Shown piece by piece: positions 1 through 13,042 of a DNA stretch of 64,000 nt. The number at the start of each line of letters is the position of its first letter. Position 1 is the first letter of the stretch. The stretch covers positions 11,473,129 through 11,537,128 of the forward strand of contig CM082576.2 in the NCBI GenBank assembly GCA_040954595.2, given 5' to 3'. A program made the translations under genes and the position numbers. Source of the DNA: Balanoglossus misakiensis (taxonomy: Eukaryota; Animalia; Hemichordata). The notes under the pieces were generated by a model that saw only the letters and a program-made list of their open reading frames with translations, did no database searches and had not been told where the DNA came from.

Positions 1-1139
1 TTATTTGGGGAGGGGGGGGGGTTGCCGGTATAATTAATTTTATCTATGCTTTTACTTGTGTAATCGTGCATAGTGATCTTCAGGGTGTTGTCATGATGCT
101 GTATATCGTGCAACGCGATCCATTCTGATTGTAAATAGGCACAGAAATTAATCCAAGTAGATTTGAAATGTTGAAGGTGGAGAGGAGAGCCCATCCATCA
201 ACCTAACTGAAATGCAGGAACGACGTTTGCAAAGTGCTAATGTCGGTTCTCGGTGTCTCGGCTGCGGCTGGTAACGTCAACAAGTCCAAGTCCAAAGGCA
301 AGGAAAGGACACGCACAAGATGATAGTGTATTCTCCAGGTATCGTGAAACTTTGAGGAGAATTTATTTAATGACTTGGAAGATCCGATTGAACTGATAAC
401 AAAACAGGGGAATTCTCTCCCAGAATCCCAAGTTTTCTGTTCGCATCCCGTTAAATACAAGTCAAATGTCGCTGTTACCACGCACCTCACTATCACTGGC
501 GCCACAAATTGTTTGCCAATGATTGAACCCGTGTCGGTAAGTATACTGAGTAGGGCATCCCACTAACGCACTCTAAAACAAATAATCCCATTAGCTACAG
601 TTCAACGATAATTAGATGTTCATTAATGTGTCCATCAGCTCTTAGTCTTCTGTCGTGTCTTCGACCTTTAGCAGTAAGCTCACAGACTTGATTATTGCGT
701 TCGAACTATTTACCTGATTTGTCCGAAAACTCGTTACAAAGCATTTTACGACTCAAACACCTATCTTAAGGTTATGTTGGTTTTGCTTGCGTTCTGTTCG
801 TGAATACTCAGGATCAATATGTTCTCAGGACAAACGTGCGCGGCTTTCTTGTGTTCATGGGGTATAAATCAAATGGATGTCTAATTTCTGCCCAAGGCTG
901 CTCGAATCACGCACAAAGACTGTCATTGTAACTAATTTAAAGGATGGCGGGGGTGGAAAGGCACCTTGACTGACTAGAGATGTCACATATAGCTCATCTT
1001 TAACTACACACTGCTATAAATTCGGGGTCCATTCTATTCAACAGGAAGAATAAACCAGTTACGGCCAAAAAAGAGAAAATTATAGTCGCGACTCGACTAT
1101 AGGAAGGCAAGGCGCTCTCTCCCAAAAAGAATTGCGATT

Positions 1140-1243
1140 TGAGTCAGCACTTATATGATTATGCTCAGCCGACTCTATGAGATATATAGCACTGACTACA
1201 CGTCAGTGCGCCATATAAAAGTGGTCTCTGTTCCCGCCATTTT
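1140..1243 (+). promoter_or_regulatory. Candidate core promoter or enhancer
   Basis: TGAGTCAGCA (AP-1/CNC-Maf ARE-like, 1140-1149), TATAAAA (1214-1220), and overlapping TTCCCGC (E2F-like) / CCGCCATTTT (YY1-like, 1234-1243). Motif matches only; no transcript evidence. Confidence 0.3.
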
Positions 1244-2050
1244 TGACATGCCACTGAGCTACTCACTGTCGTCTGCCAGGTTGAAAAATTCTGATGTATT
1301 TGTCTAAACGTCGAGATGTTTTTTAAGAAGTAACGGAGCTCCGTGGTTTGAATTGATTTAGCGGATTACGAATAATAACAAGTAATGAAACCAGCAGTGT
1401 CGTGTAAAATAATCTCCATTATAGGGTTCTAGCTTACGTCTCTGAAAACAGGCACGACCCATATCGCTAAAGTGTTACATTTATGACTAATCCAAGTCTG
1501 TTCCATTTTCAACACATCTTCTGCTCCGTGATGAATTTCAGAAGAGATTTTCAATCTTACAAAAGCTCTGCTCACCCTTGGCGCCCTCAGATGTCAGATG
1601 TCGTCTGCACGAGTCAGTTGCGCCAAACACTCGGAACGATGTGGAAACAGAAAACCGTGGCGCGGATTAACCTCCCGTCTCGGTAATGGGTTCTTGCATG
1701 ATCTGCTGGGTTTTTATTATTGCATGAACAGTTTGCATCATTTCGACTGCTGATCGAATTAATAATAGGATTGTGTGGGTCGATTTGAACGCTTTGAATG
1801 CAACGGCGATCTGGTGAAGTAGTTCTAGCTGTGAGTCAGCTCGCTATATTTAGATTTGCGCTATGTTCTCTAGAAGAAACCACTGCTGCGAAGTGAAGTG
1901 GAGTGAAGAAAGCGTATCCCATATATTGGAATCGCAGTCACTTAGAACTGTCTGACTTGTGCAGATTTGCGTCGAAACGAGTTCTAGTCAAATGAGTACG
2001 ATAAAACTGTCAATCTAAAGTACGCAACAACGTACTACGTAAAAGCACTT

Positions 2051-2051
2051 C

Positions 2052-2092
<41 letters not shown>
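2051..2092. repeat. (CAA)14 microsatellite
   Basis: Read directly; followed by an AT-rich spacer and degenerate TTG/TCG runs. Confidence 0.97.
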
Positions 2093-2093
<1 letters not shown>

Positions 2094-5000
2094 AGTAATA
2101 ATTATTATATTAATATATTAATTATTGTTATTGTTATTGTTGTCGTTGTTGTCGTCGTCGCGTTTTACGTTATTGTTGGTCTATGGACAGACTAAGAAAC
2201 AAATGAGAAATATGCGCTTAACTCTCTCTGCTTCTAGACTAGGGCGTCAATACTTGTATCTACTTTGCGAAAATTGCGATGCACTATCTCATCATACATT
2301 TGTGACAGACTTGGAGGCAACTACGGCTTGAGCTCCGCAACGAGTGAAATTGGTTCTGGCTACTGGTGAACATAACCTTGATATGGAGATAAAGGGAAAT
2401 GCAAGCGTAGGCGAAATCTCCGTCAATTTCTCCTGGAATTGGAAAGCAAACACGGGTATGGGAGCGGGCTGATTAGATTGCAGCGAGGCGGGCGGAGATG
2501 CGTCACCGATAAAAAAACTCAACCGTGATGATTGTCGCCGTATCTTCTCTGGTTTGTATACTGCTGTGTACGTGAGCCACACTTCTGCATGCAGATGATT
2601 GCCCCGGCACTCAACTAAATGCATTACAACCACGCAATGCACGGCGACATGAGACTGGCCAGCATATCCTTTTTGCCTTGGCTAATACTCGCCCACAAGT
2701 CCTCGCGGTCCGGGGCTCCGTGTGTGTGTGCCGTCATAATCGATATCATCTCATCACGCTCATCGCATGTCGTTTTCTTTGATTGATCACTGATAATTAG
2801 CCAGACACTTCACCCTGGGACCCCCTGAAGCTGGGATCAATGAGAACTCGCAGAGCGCATTCTCGGCCGGCGCGCGGCCACGCCAGCCACCTGTCAAAAG
2901 TTGAGGTTGCTCGTTAGTGTTTTCCCGTCAGGAGATACCCTGCCAGTCCCAATATTGCGATTTTTAAGAATTATACACCAGATTTTGTACTTTCCTCTCA
3001 CAAAGCCTGTCAAACGGACTGCCGACGACTCGACTTATCAACCCTGGCCAAACATGACTATACATCAATATAAACTATACATGTACATGCTATGTGGAAG
3101 AAACGTGTAATACTTGTGGTCAGAGATGTATTCTAGTCTTGCCAATTCATTCAAACGAACAAGCCAGGTGTTGCGCGTCTGTAAATCATTTCGCCCCCCC
3201 CCCCCTTTTCATATGCAACGTATTTTGCTTGTCTAAGCTTAAACATTAATATTATGTTTATTGAAATAGAGTATTTGCAATTAATTAAATAATTAGAATA
3301 AATAACGTGAAGAAAATTTTGGAGAAGAACCGATCGAAACTCGGGAGCAGGCAAAAAGGAAATGACAGAGCGATCTAATAAATCAGTGTTTTCCTTTTCC
3401 CCCGCCGGATCCCTGTAAAAGACTTGACCCGGAGTCAAACATTGATTGTTGCCGGGGCTGTCAACGAATACAGTATCTGTTGTCGTTATCAATTTGGCCG
3501 CGTGTTTGTGCAAGGATGGGTGAGAATTTCACCAGCTTGTTTGCCGGCATTCTAGAACGCGAGACATTGTTAACGCCCCGTCACAATTAGACGAACTCTT
3601 AATGACGTGTCCGATAAGAAAAAATCAATGCTTCAGACGCAAAGTTCATACTGATTTGAAAAACAGCAAAAAAAATCTCTCTGAAGAAAAAAAATAGACC
3701 ACTCTCGTCAACGTGGGCTTAAGGTCCTCCAAAGTACTTGCCAAACACGTCACTAATATAAATGATTAATTAAATTAGAGTTCTTCATAGCTGTGACGTG
3801 ATTGCCCCGTCAAGTGTGAAATCAGTATTCCATTGTTTGGCGGGAAAGTTGCGTGGCAGTCAGTCGAAGAAGGAGGTTATGGTCGGCTGAATATCGATGT
3901 CGATTTGAAAATAAGAAGCTACGGCACCTAACGGGGCCGACTGTTGTGCGTTTAGTCCAGTCACGAGGAAAGGTTAACCTTACATCCGAACGATGTGACG
4001 GCCGCTTTCCCGGTTATTTTCAACGCTGTTTGAGGCGATGATATATAAGTATACGGACGTAGAAGTATGAAAACGTGTGCAACCCATAGCTGCTGAGATT
4101 TCAATCCACTTTACAATCCCTCACATTTGACGGCTGGAAAACTATAATTATACTACAGACGTTAAGACTATCTCGAATTCTCGAAACCTACATCGACGCA
4201 AGATGCTTGGCCTTGGTTGTTGTTTAACAGCATTCGCCTGATGCAGACCACAGGTGTCTGAAAATCGCGAACAGCCTCAGCTGTATATAGGCGTATACTA
4301 CAGCTGAGGCCGTTCGGAATCTTCAGGTATCTGTGGTGCTGATCATAATCCCCCTCCCCCACAATTACTTGATTCCCTTTGTCCGCTGCCTATAGCTGCC
4401 TAAAGATGTGCACTAGCTAACCTTCCAGACAAATGAAGGTGTCTTTTAGCGACCCCCTCTCTCCGGTCATCCACATGTCCGGTTGGGAGCAGCGAATCGA
4501 CCTGTCATCAGGCTGGATAGTGTTGCTATAGTTTGCGCAATAAAATCGCGCACTCCAGTTGTAGCACAGTTACTCTGTGGTTGCAGCGATGCAGACATTC
4601 GTTTTGGGGCGTACGCTTGAAACAGTGTATAATTGTTGCCATGACTACCTCTCCCTCGAGTAGTATAGGGGGTCCGTAACGCGTTTTTTGGAATCACCCT
4701 ATAAAATCGATATTGCTTAACTTGAACACGGTCATGAAACATAATACACAAAACTCACCCTCAAAGAGGCACTTGGCGATATTGTTCTCTCGGGTTCGCA
4801 AATTGCCAGCGACCGACAAATCGATCATGCATAAAAAACCGAACTTAATTAAAAATTATACAGGGAAGCGCATAAACCCACTTTTTATGTTCGTGTTGCG
4901 GGATAAACTGAAATGAGTCTCCGTGGCTGTTTTGTTAAATGTGCGATGTTATACATTTGTATTACCTAGTCCCGTCACCATTGCAACACCAACAAAAACA

Positions 5001-8000
5001 GTCCGTCCGTGTAAAGTATCGTGTTGTACACAAGCGTTAACGAAGGTATGAGTTTGAAATCATGAGGGACACGACCTCTGCTGGAACAGCGTCTCCGGCA
5101 TCCAGCCGGCCATCTAAATGCAGAAAATTGGCTTATTTAACCTCGACCGATATACATGACCATGTTGCGTTACACTGAATCATACGGACACCATACTAGT
5201 ATCTGGCGCAAAATGGCCTTGTAGTTAATTTTTCTTTTACAAAAATAAACGTGGAATGTCGATTCCCCGTATGACTGCTGGTTGAAACAGCGCGAGCCAA
5301 TTAAAAATATGAAATGGACAAGTAAAAATTCCGCACTGAGGAAATTATGACGTTTCTTCCCTAAATTACTTCAATTTGACGGACGGATTTCCAATTATAA
5401 TCTTTATGGTTTTCTTGTCGGGTTCCCCCCCCCCCCCCCAACGAATTATACTCTTTTTCCATTTGTTCAGCTTTGCTTCGCGCAGACGTCCGTCAAATCT
5501 CTGTGTTGTCTGAATACATTAATCCACTCAAGCGATATTTCAACCGAGTGAGCTACGGCGTGGTGTGGCCGGCCGTGTGACTGTGACGATGGCGACGCGA
5601 CGCCGCGCCGACGACTTGCAGTTTTGCGTCGTCTGTCGTATACACGTAATGGATTGGAACCTTGCTGAGCTCGAGAAATGTCTGCACCTCTTTACGTGAG
5701 TTGCAAAGTCGATATCAATGAAATGATGACGCAAATCTCTTTTATAACTCGTTTCCCTTCAGCATTGCCTGCAACATGTGTGACGCATACGTGTATTTGT
5801 GAGGGTTTTTTCAAGAGCTGCTTTACTAACAATCTTTCTGATTACCCAAAGTTGCGCAAGAAGAAAACGAAGAGGTCTGGATTATGTTTTTCCTAAGTCT
5901 CCCTTTCAAACATTTTTGGGAGTTTCTGAGCGCAAAATAACTAGAAGTCAGTAGAGTGGAAGTATTTCTCAAGCGTCTTGGTGGAAACATTGGGTAAAAC
6001 GAAAGCGCCCTTTTTTCAGGTCTCAAATCTTTCCTAACACCAATAGGCCACATTTATCCCGCCGAACTTGCTTTAAATATTAGAGAGGCTGCATTTATAT
6101 TGAGGTGTTGTGTTTGTTGGTGGGTCTATTGACAGCTCTGGAACAAGAACGGAGATTGGCTGAAATTTACTTGGAAGGCGTAATATGCTAATTGTTTAAA
6201 TGGTGTCAATTGTGTGTGATGTTATTTGTTACGTAGCCTTACTCACAGTTACTCAATCTTGTTCAACGCACTCAACACTTACAAATACAAGAAGGCGAGG
6301 TAAATCAATGGCAGGAGGTGTGGTCAACGTGAACATCCGGGACATTTCTATATCCCGGTCGGTTGGAAACTCAACTCAGCAGTTATACCACCTATGTCTG
6401 CCCAATTTCTTACTCTAGGAAGTTTGAGCGTCGGCGCCAACTTTCCCGCCAGAAGCTACTATACACTTAATCATAATGCCCGACGGTCGAGTAATTTCAA
6501 AGTCAAGGAAAACGCCTAGACTTGACCGTAAAGGTCTTAGTCTCTCTGATTGGATAACAGGCATGTACAGAGTGTCGCACTTAGGGGATTGCAGGGCTGT
6601 AAACACGCGGAATACATATGCGAGAAGAAATAAAATGTCCGACGATGTCTGTTCTGTGTGCAATTTTACGCACTGAAATGTTGCGGCCGTGATTAAGATT
6701 CTGGCCAAGACTTCGACATTTCTTTTATAGAATGTGACTCATACAAATACCAAAATCGAATCACCTGCCTTAAAAGCTTTGCAATAATTTGAATCAGTTC
6801 CAAATCCCACAAAATGTGCTAACATTAGACATGTCGATAACAATTGAAGTGTTGAAAATGGCGAACGATCGCCTCACAGCCGTTCGGAAGTAGGTCTCTG
6901 CAAAGCATATACTTACAGGGTTTCCATAACACCCCCGAGGAACTGGAAACGGGCGAGTTTAGAGCGATTTACGAAACTTCAAATATCCGTGCATAGAGTA
7001 AAAACAAACCTATTCATAATACTCACTGCATGCAAACAGGTTGCGCAAAGGCTGCGTAAAAGGTTACCCAAATATTCCTCTTGGAATAAAACGCCGACCT
7101 AATTATTTTTAGCAGAGTCGGACGCTCATTCGGAAAACAGTCATTGTCGTGGATGTCGAGACAGTGAATATTTACTCTCCATTAGCGATGAAACAAAACT
7201 GTTTTCGTAAAGGGACCGTTACAAGAACTCCTATGTGGCGAACCATAGACAGTAGAGGGGCGACCCCAGGAGATCCGGGAAGGGTAATATTTTGCACCGC
7301 GGTCATCAGAGGGAAATCCGGAATCGTGACACTATCATTTAAGGGATGATCATAGGTGATCCCAGACGAAATTACCATTCCATCACAAGTTAATTGGATT
7401 TCGATTTTTTAAGGCACCCCGACCTTCTGAATATCTTCACCGTTCGGGAAGTGAAATAACAAACGCTGAAAGAATTTCTGTTGGACGTTACTCGCGTGTA
7501 AAGTTTAGTTTAGTCCGTGCTTGTTATCATAGGAGTACAATAAATCATGGCTGTGCATCTTTCATTCAATCAGCCTCCGAATGATTTACTTGCGATTGTA
7601 GTCGCTCAGGTATTGCGTAAATAGCGTAAATTATTAACAATTGCATACAAATCTATATCGGATACATGCGCTGTCTATGTTGATATCTATGCTTCACAAG
7701 ACAATTATTTTTTCATGTACTATGAATTCGCCCACTTTCAAATATACATGTACCACTGTCGACATTTTATAAAGGTTAGAATTTGACCGGATGCAGGCGA
7801 TCACTCTCATTCACTGCAAATCACCTCACGGGAAACATTTGTGCTTATCTGGTCGGTTGATAGATGCGGCAGATATAGATTTCTCGAAAGAGCAGTTTGA
7901 GATTTCACAATAAGTCGGTTGCTTTCGCCAAATAAGCGCCATTATACTATGCACGGTAGAAAAGTACACTGAATACTAGTAATCATTACAGCAATCCATT

Positions 8001-9057
8001 TGTGGATATGTATGCACCCCTGCCCAACATCTATTGTTAAAGCCCCGCACAAGCATTGGTTCCTTCCTTTGAGGTACACAAAGAGTTCAGTGACGTATTT
8101 GGTTAGGCAAAATATACGTCATGACATTTGTTATACCCTTTGTAGTGACGTCATGGTGAACTGAGCGGAGAGTATCGTTCGACCAGCGGGTGACTCTGAA
8201 TGTCTCATTGGGAGAGCGAAATTTACCCTGACACGTATATGGTAGTTAGTCGCGGGGGCGCTTGAAGACTACACTATGATCGCGCCGATCGATTTTTTCA
8301 TACGTCACGGTGATTTATCACCGCGAAACCGTGCCACTTAAGATAGACACGGGGATTTTTTTGTCGGCACCGAAAGTGTTAATGATGTAAAGAAAGGGCG
8401 TTGATAAAAGTAAATTACGGTGATATTATCACTTTGCGTGGGGTCACAAGGTCGCCGGATTCTCCAATCCGACATTGCCTGCTCCACTTATTGCAATAAC
8501 GTTTGACAGATTCGGGCGTTAAAAATTAAAGGCAGATGATACGGCGCTGTATTCTTGTTATCACACTCTCGGAAATCGAAGGCGACGATCGATGCATCCA
8601 TGGATGGTGCATGAAAATGTCACATCACTGGGATGCATGATGTGTGCCACCTTTCACAAAACACGGCCCTGTATTGTTGGCTCTGTATAGGTAACCCGGG
8701 ACGAGTCACGCAATACGCGCGACCCGCTGAAAAAATGAAGGAAATCTTTTGTGTCCAACTCATTCGACGGGTGTTATTCGCCTGAGCAATTTCAACGGAG
8801 CGCGTTTGCAAAGAAATAGCGCAATGCACGACGGGTGGCGTATTCAGGTGGTGGGGGAATAGAGCACAGGGTGGCCGCATTCACTGCGGCGTCGCCATGA
8901 TAGCTGCGTGCTCCGGCCGTTCAATCACGGTTCCTCCATCACAGAGGGACGTCGACTGTGTGGTTCAAAGCAGAAAGTTGTACAAGATGTAGAGACCCTG
9001 GTGCGGCGAGGCACTTTGCGTGATGGTAATGGAACTGACTTGTAGCTGCTTCTCCGC

Positions 9058-9109
9058 TAGCCTGGTCACCATACCAGACTAAAACACACTGGGTATGGTG
9101 ACCAGGCTA
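9058..9109. mobile_element. 52-bp non-autonomous DNA transposon (MITE), TAG...CTA termini, 9-bp TSD; Academ/AcademH-like
   Basis: Perfect 18-bp TIRs: TAGCCTGGTCACCATACC (9058-9075) and GGTATGGTGACCAGGCTA (9092-9109). Flanked by the perfect direct repeat CTTCTCCGC (9049-9057 and 9110-9118). Superfamily inferred from termini and TSD length only. Confidence 0.85.
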
Positions 9110-12100
9110 CTTCTCCGCCATCTACGCGCCATGTACAACTCTTAATGTACATGCGTGTCTGTGTAGTCCCCTTAAAAGATTTCGTCAAATCGAATTGTGT
9201 ATTCGACACTATCCCACACGTCGAGGTAATCTCCGGCTGCTGTGTCTATTGCAACCAAATAAAGGCCAACCAAATCAATTATTGGGGGGGGGGGAATACA
9301 CACAATATCTCTTAATAATGGCTTATTTGCCATGTTTCATATGAATCTTCATTTCATTAATGGTCCATCCAACTCCTCCCCCCAGAAATCAAATGGTTCT
9401 CCCCTTAGTAATGGTGGATGGCAAGAGGAAATGGCTCGATGCGTGGGACGTTCGATCACGAGAGGGGATATGAGAAATATTGGAAATCCCCAAGCCGTGC
9501 TATTGCACTACTGCGGGGCATCCATCATCGGCTCAGTTCTCAACTCAAGATAGGCTCAATAAGCATGCCCCGTAACTAGGCAACGCACAAGCAGATTGTG
9601 GCGCAGATTCCACGAATCCATCGCTGATCTCTTTTTAGGCTCCCCGTGCCGCGTGCTCCAGTTGTTGCCGACCAAGCGTCAGGAGCAACCGAGACATTCG
9701 TCACTTTCCGGTGCGTAAATTTGAGGTTGATGACGGTAAAACCGTTGTTAACAAGGTGTCCGTCCGCCCGATACCGCGTGGATATCGTTTACGTCTATTG
9801 AAATGAGCCGTTCAGTGAACATGTTCGGCACAATTTACACCGATAAAAGTGACTAAAAGCTGCAATATAATTAGACATAGCCATGTTGTGAAAGACAGCA
9901 GTTTTCTTACAAAACACACACGCATACAATTTCCATATACACTTCTGCGTCTGATACAAATTAGCTGGATTCAAGTGCCAGTTAGTTCCCTACACGACGA
10001 CTCCCCTCATGGGTATACACAAATGAACAACAGAGGCTTGCATTTTTTTCCATTCTCCGCTCCATGTTTTTACTAAAGAAACGACATTTTCTGTTCTGCG
10101 GGTCGATCTGTTAAAACGAACATCATTACTTCTCTCCGCTTGCGTATTGCTAATGTTACTGAACGGGATTATTAATCTTGGAAAAAAAGGCGTTGCAATT
10201 TGTTCAATCGTCGGAGAATAAATACACTCGAAGGAATGGATGAATCAGATCTGCGCAAAGCTTTGAGATACATGTGCATATCTGGGTAGCAGCTACCTTG
10301 ACGACAATAAAGAGTGTGAATCCGTCGTCTCCATGATGTCTGGGCCGTTTTGTAAGGACGAAGCCGTTTTGGCCGAATGTGACGGCGGTATGTGATACAA
10401 TTTTGATTGCCAATTGTATAGGAAAAGCGGTCGTTTATAGGAGCAAGATTTAGGCTCTGGGTCCGAAAAGTCCACCCCCTGTAACAGAAAACGCAGATTG
10501 TGTCGGTAATACTTTAGGCGCGGTCCTATGGTGTAAATTGCGTGAATGCAATGGTGAACAGAACGAAACCCAATGTTTTATAAGTGATAGTAAAAACTCC
10601 AATTTGTCGTGACTTCAATATCCATGGACCGATTTTCAGCCGGTAATATAAGCTCCACTTCGTGACCTTTTTTTTACTTTCCTGGATACGGACTTCCGTT
10701 TCTAGGGACATTACAAACCAATTTTTAAAGAGAATGGCAGGTGTTTTCGGGATGAATGTAATCCCACCTTGTGAGTAATGCTGAAGTGATAAATATTAAA
10801 GTCATGAAGTAGATGAAACAACGTGCGATCGATGACTTTTGATGAAAATGTGTATATACCTGCTACCTGTTAAACAATTACTTTTTGTTTGTCTGAAAGA
10901 ATTGTTGTGATACAACACACCTTGGTGACAAAACTGACGGCCATGATGAGCATGACGCCTGCTTGTGCACGTGATTGGCGTCACTCGATCCAATTTGGCA
11001 ACAAGCCCAAATTTAGAGCGTAACCATGACAACATATTCAGCATCACCGATGATTTTTTTCCTGTGTTTATTATAAAGAAGACGTTTCTCTCTCTCTCTT
11101 TTGAAAAGATCTGACGCACTCACACGCGCATCATCGAAGACTGTACGCCCTTTTGTCGAGACAGGTGATCTCCTCTGCAGTCGCGTAGAGGAATAATAAG
11201 CAGGCGAACCCTTTACAGGAAGCAATACCTTGAGATGCCACTGTCAACTATTGACGGGGGTCGATGGTTTTCAGATAATAGATTCCACTCGCGCGATCCA
11301 TTCGATCCGAATTGCCGAGTCTAACGGAACCGTAAACAGAATGCGTGATTAAATGGCTCCCTTCCATATCCTCGCTCGCGAACGCTGGAAACTGTCGAAA
11401 TAAAAAAAGACCCTCTTGTCCCTTGCAATTTCGCAGAATGTTTGTAGTGTGCTAAGCGCTGGGGCGACTTGATTACGCTCTGTGCTAGGGCTATTCAGGT
11501 AACCCAGTGCGTTCCGCGTGTAAATTGTGTTCATTTCATTGTTGTCTCCTGGCAACAGAGCTGTCGTAGCGGGTAGATAAGGAGCGGTGTGCATCTTCAT
11601 GTATCTGATTCAGGTAAACGCTTACAAGAAACTTCTGGATTGATCAAACAATATTCGGGTATGAAATCTCCCCCTCCCCTAAAGAGTATCGAAACGCTCA
11701 ATAGGCGAGTGCTGTTAACAACAACAAAAAACTTAAAAGCGTTCACTTTGGACTTGCTTTCTCTTGCGTGGTAATTAAACAGCCAGACAGATAGACAGAC
11801 TCGACTGGCTGTCCACCCGTTCACCGATAAATGCATTGATAAAAGCAACAAATGACTTTTTATGTACTGTGGGCGATATGTAGGTGTCCTTCGTTGCAAA
11901 TGCCAAAAAGGATAGGAGGCTACAAAGGGATGCCGACAATGTCAGCCAGCAAAGGAGATAAGACAATATCTAGCGTTGATACCTTACAACATTCCTCGGG
12001 GGTGAGTTTACATGTCAAAGTGGGCGTGAAAACCAACGCTCATCTACTTCTACTAGGAGGAGAGTATCTGGGGCTCCCCATGCAGAGCTAATAGCCAGCC

Positions 12101-12958
12101 TGGATTATTTCGAGCTCGAAAGAGAACTTTCAAGCGTAGACTATTAACGAAGAAGGGTGGATACCCTCACACGTTTTCGATACTGCGCTTTTATCTTTTA
12201 CTAAACCACATTCTTCGCGCCGAGGAAAAACTGCAAAGAGGGTTCTGTAGGCAAAACCTTTGAAAAGGCCACTCAGCACCTTCAATGGAAATGTACATGA
12301 TTAAGAGCAGATGCGTATCGCGGCCCGGGCATACATGTAACGTCCTTCAAACATAGATAACCATAGGCGATGATGTTGGGGCTTGCAACAGCGACGACAT
12401 CACTCAGCAAATTAAATAAGCAATCGCCGGTAACATTTTCAATAATGCGAAACATCGTCGGCACACTGGGGTTAATCAGCAGATCGCCCGAACAAACCCG
12501 AAACTCGCATTCCGGCCAAAGCCAGAGCGCATGCGCAGTATACCCTTTCTCTATCTGGCCAGCGACGAGCTCAGCCGCGCGGGAAAGCGTTCGGAAAACC
12601 GACTGCATATAGCGGACGGGGCCCATGGGAGGCACAACCGTTACATCTACAATGGTGCCCATCCTCCGGGGTTGCGTTTTGATTAAGGAGAGCTAATACG
12701 TTGACAATTAGTAGGTGGTTTCAGACTGGACGTGTACACTTTTTACCCTTTCATATCATTCACTCACGGTTACTAGTAACCGTGATTCACTCGATTTATT
12801 CCAGATACAAAAGAAGCAGAAAGTGCAAACGGGCATGCCCTGTATTAAGTTTTGTTGCCGTTTTGTTAATCATCCGCGGTAGTTGTATCGTGGTGTGTGG
12901 ATGAAATCTCTTGATACATCCGACTCCGGGTTCTATACAGAGAACGTGTGTGACAGAT

Positions 12959-13042
12959 AAGAAATTAAAACACTTGATGTTCAGCTTAGAGAATAGAGCC
13001 GCAAGAAATTAAAACACTTGTTCAGCTTAGAGAATAGAGCCG
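12959..13042. repeat. Tandem duplication of ~42 bp
   Basis: AAGAAATTAAAACACTTG(ATG)TTCAGCTTAGAGAATAGAGCCG occurs twice; the copies differ by a 3-nt indel. Confidence 0.93.

Noticed and set aside
12282-12662. 126-aa minus-strand ORF (and similar 100-155-aa ORFs at 16040, 21236, 24454, 50353, 59196)
   Set aside because: No recognisable domain, coding-like composition or splice context. Lengths are compatible with chance when alternative starts are allowed.
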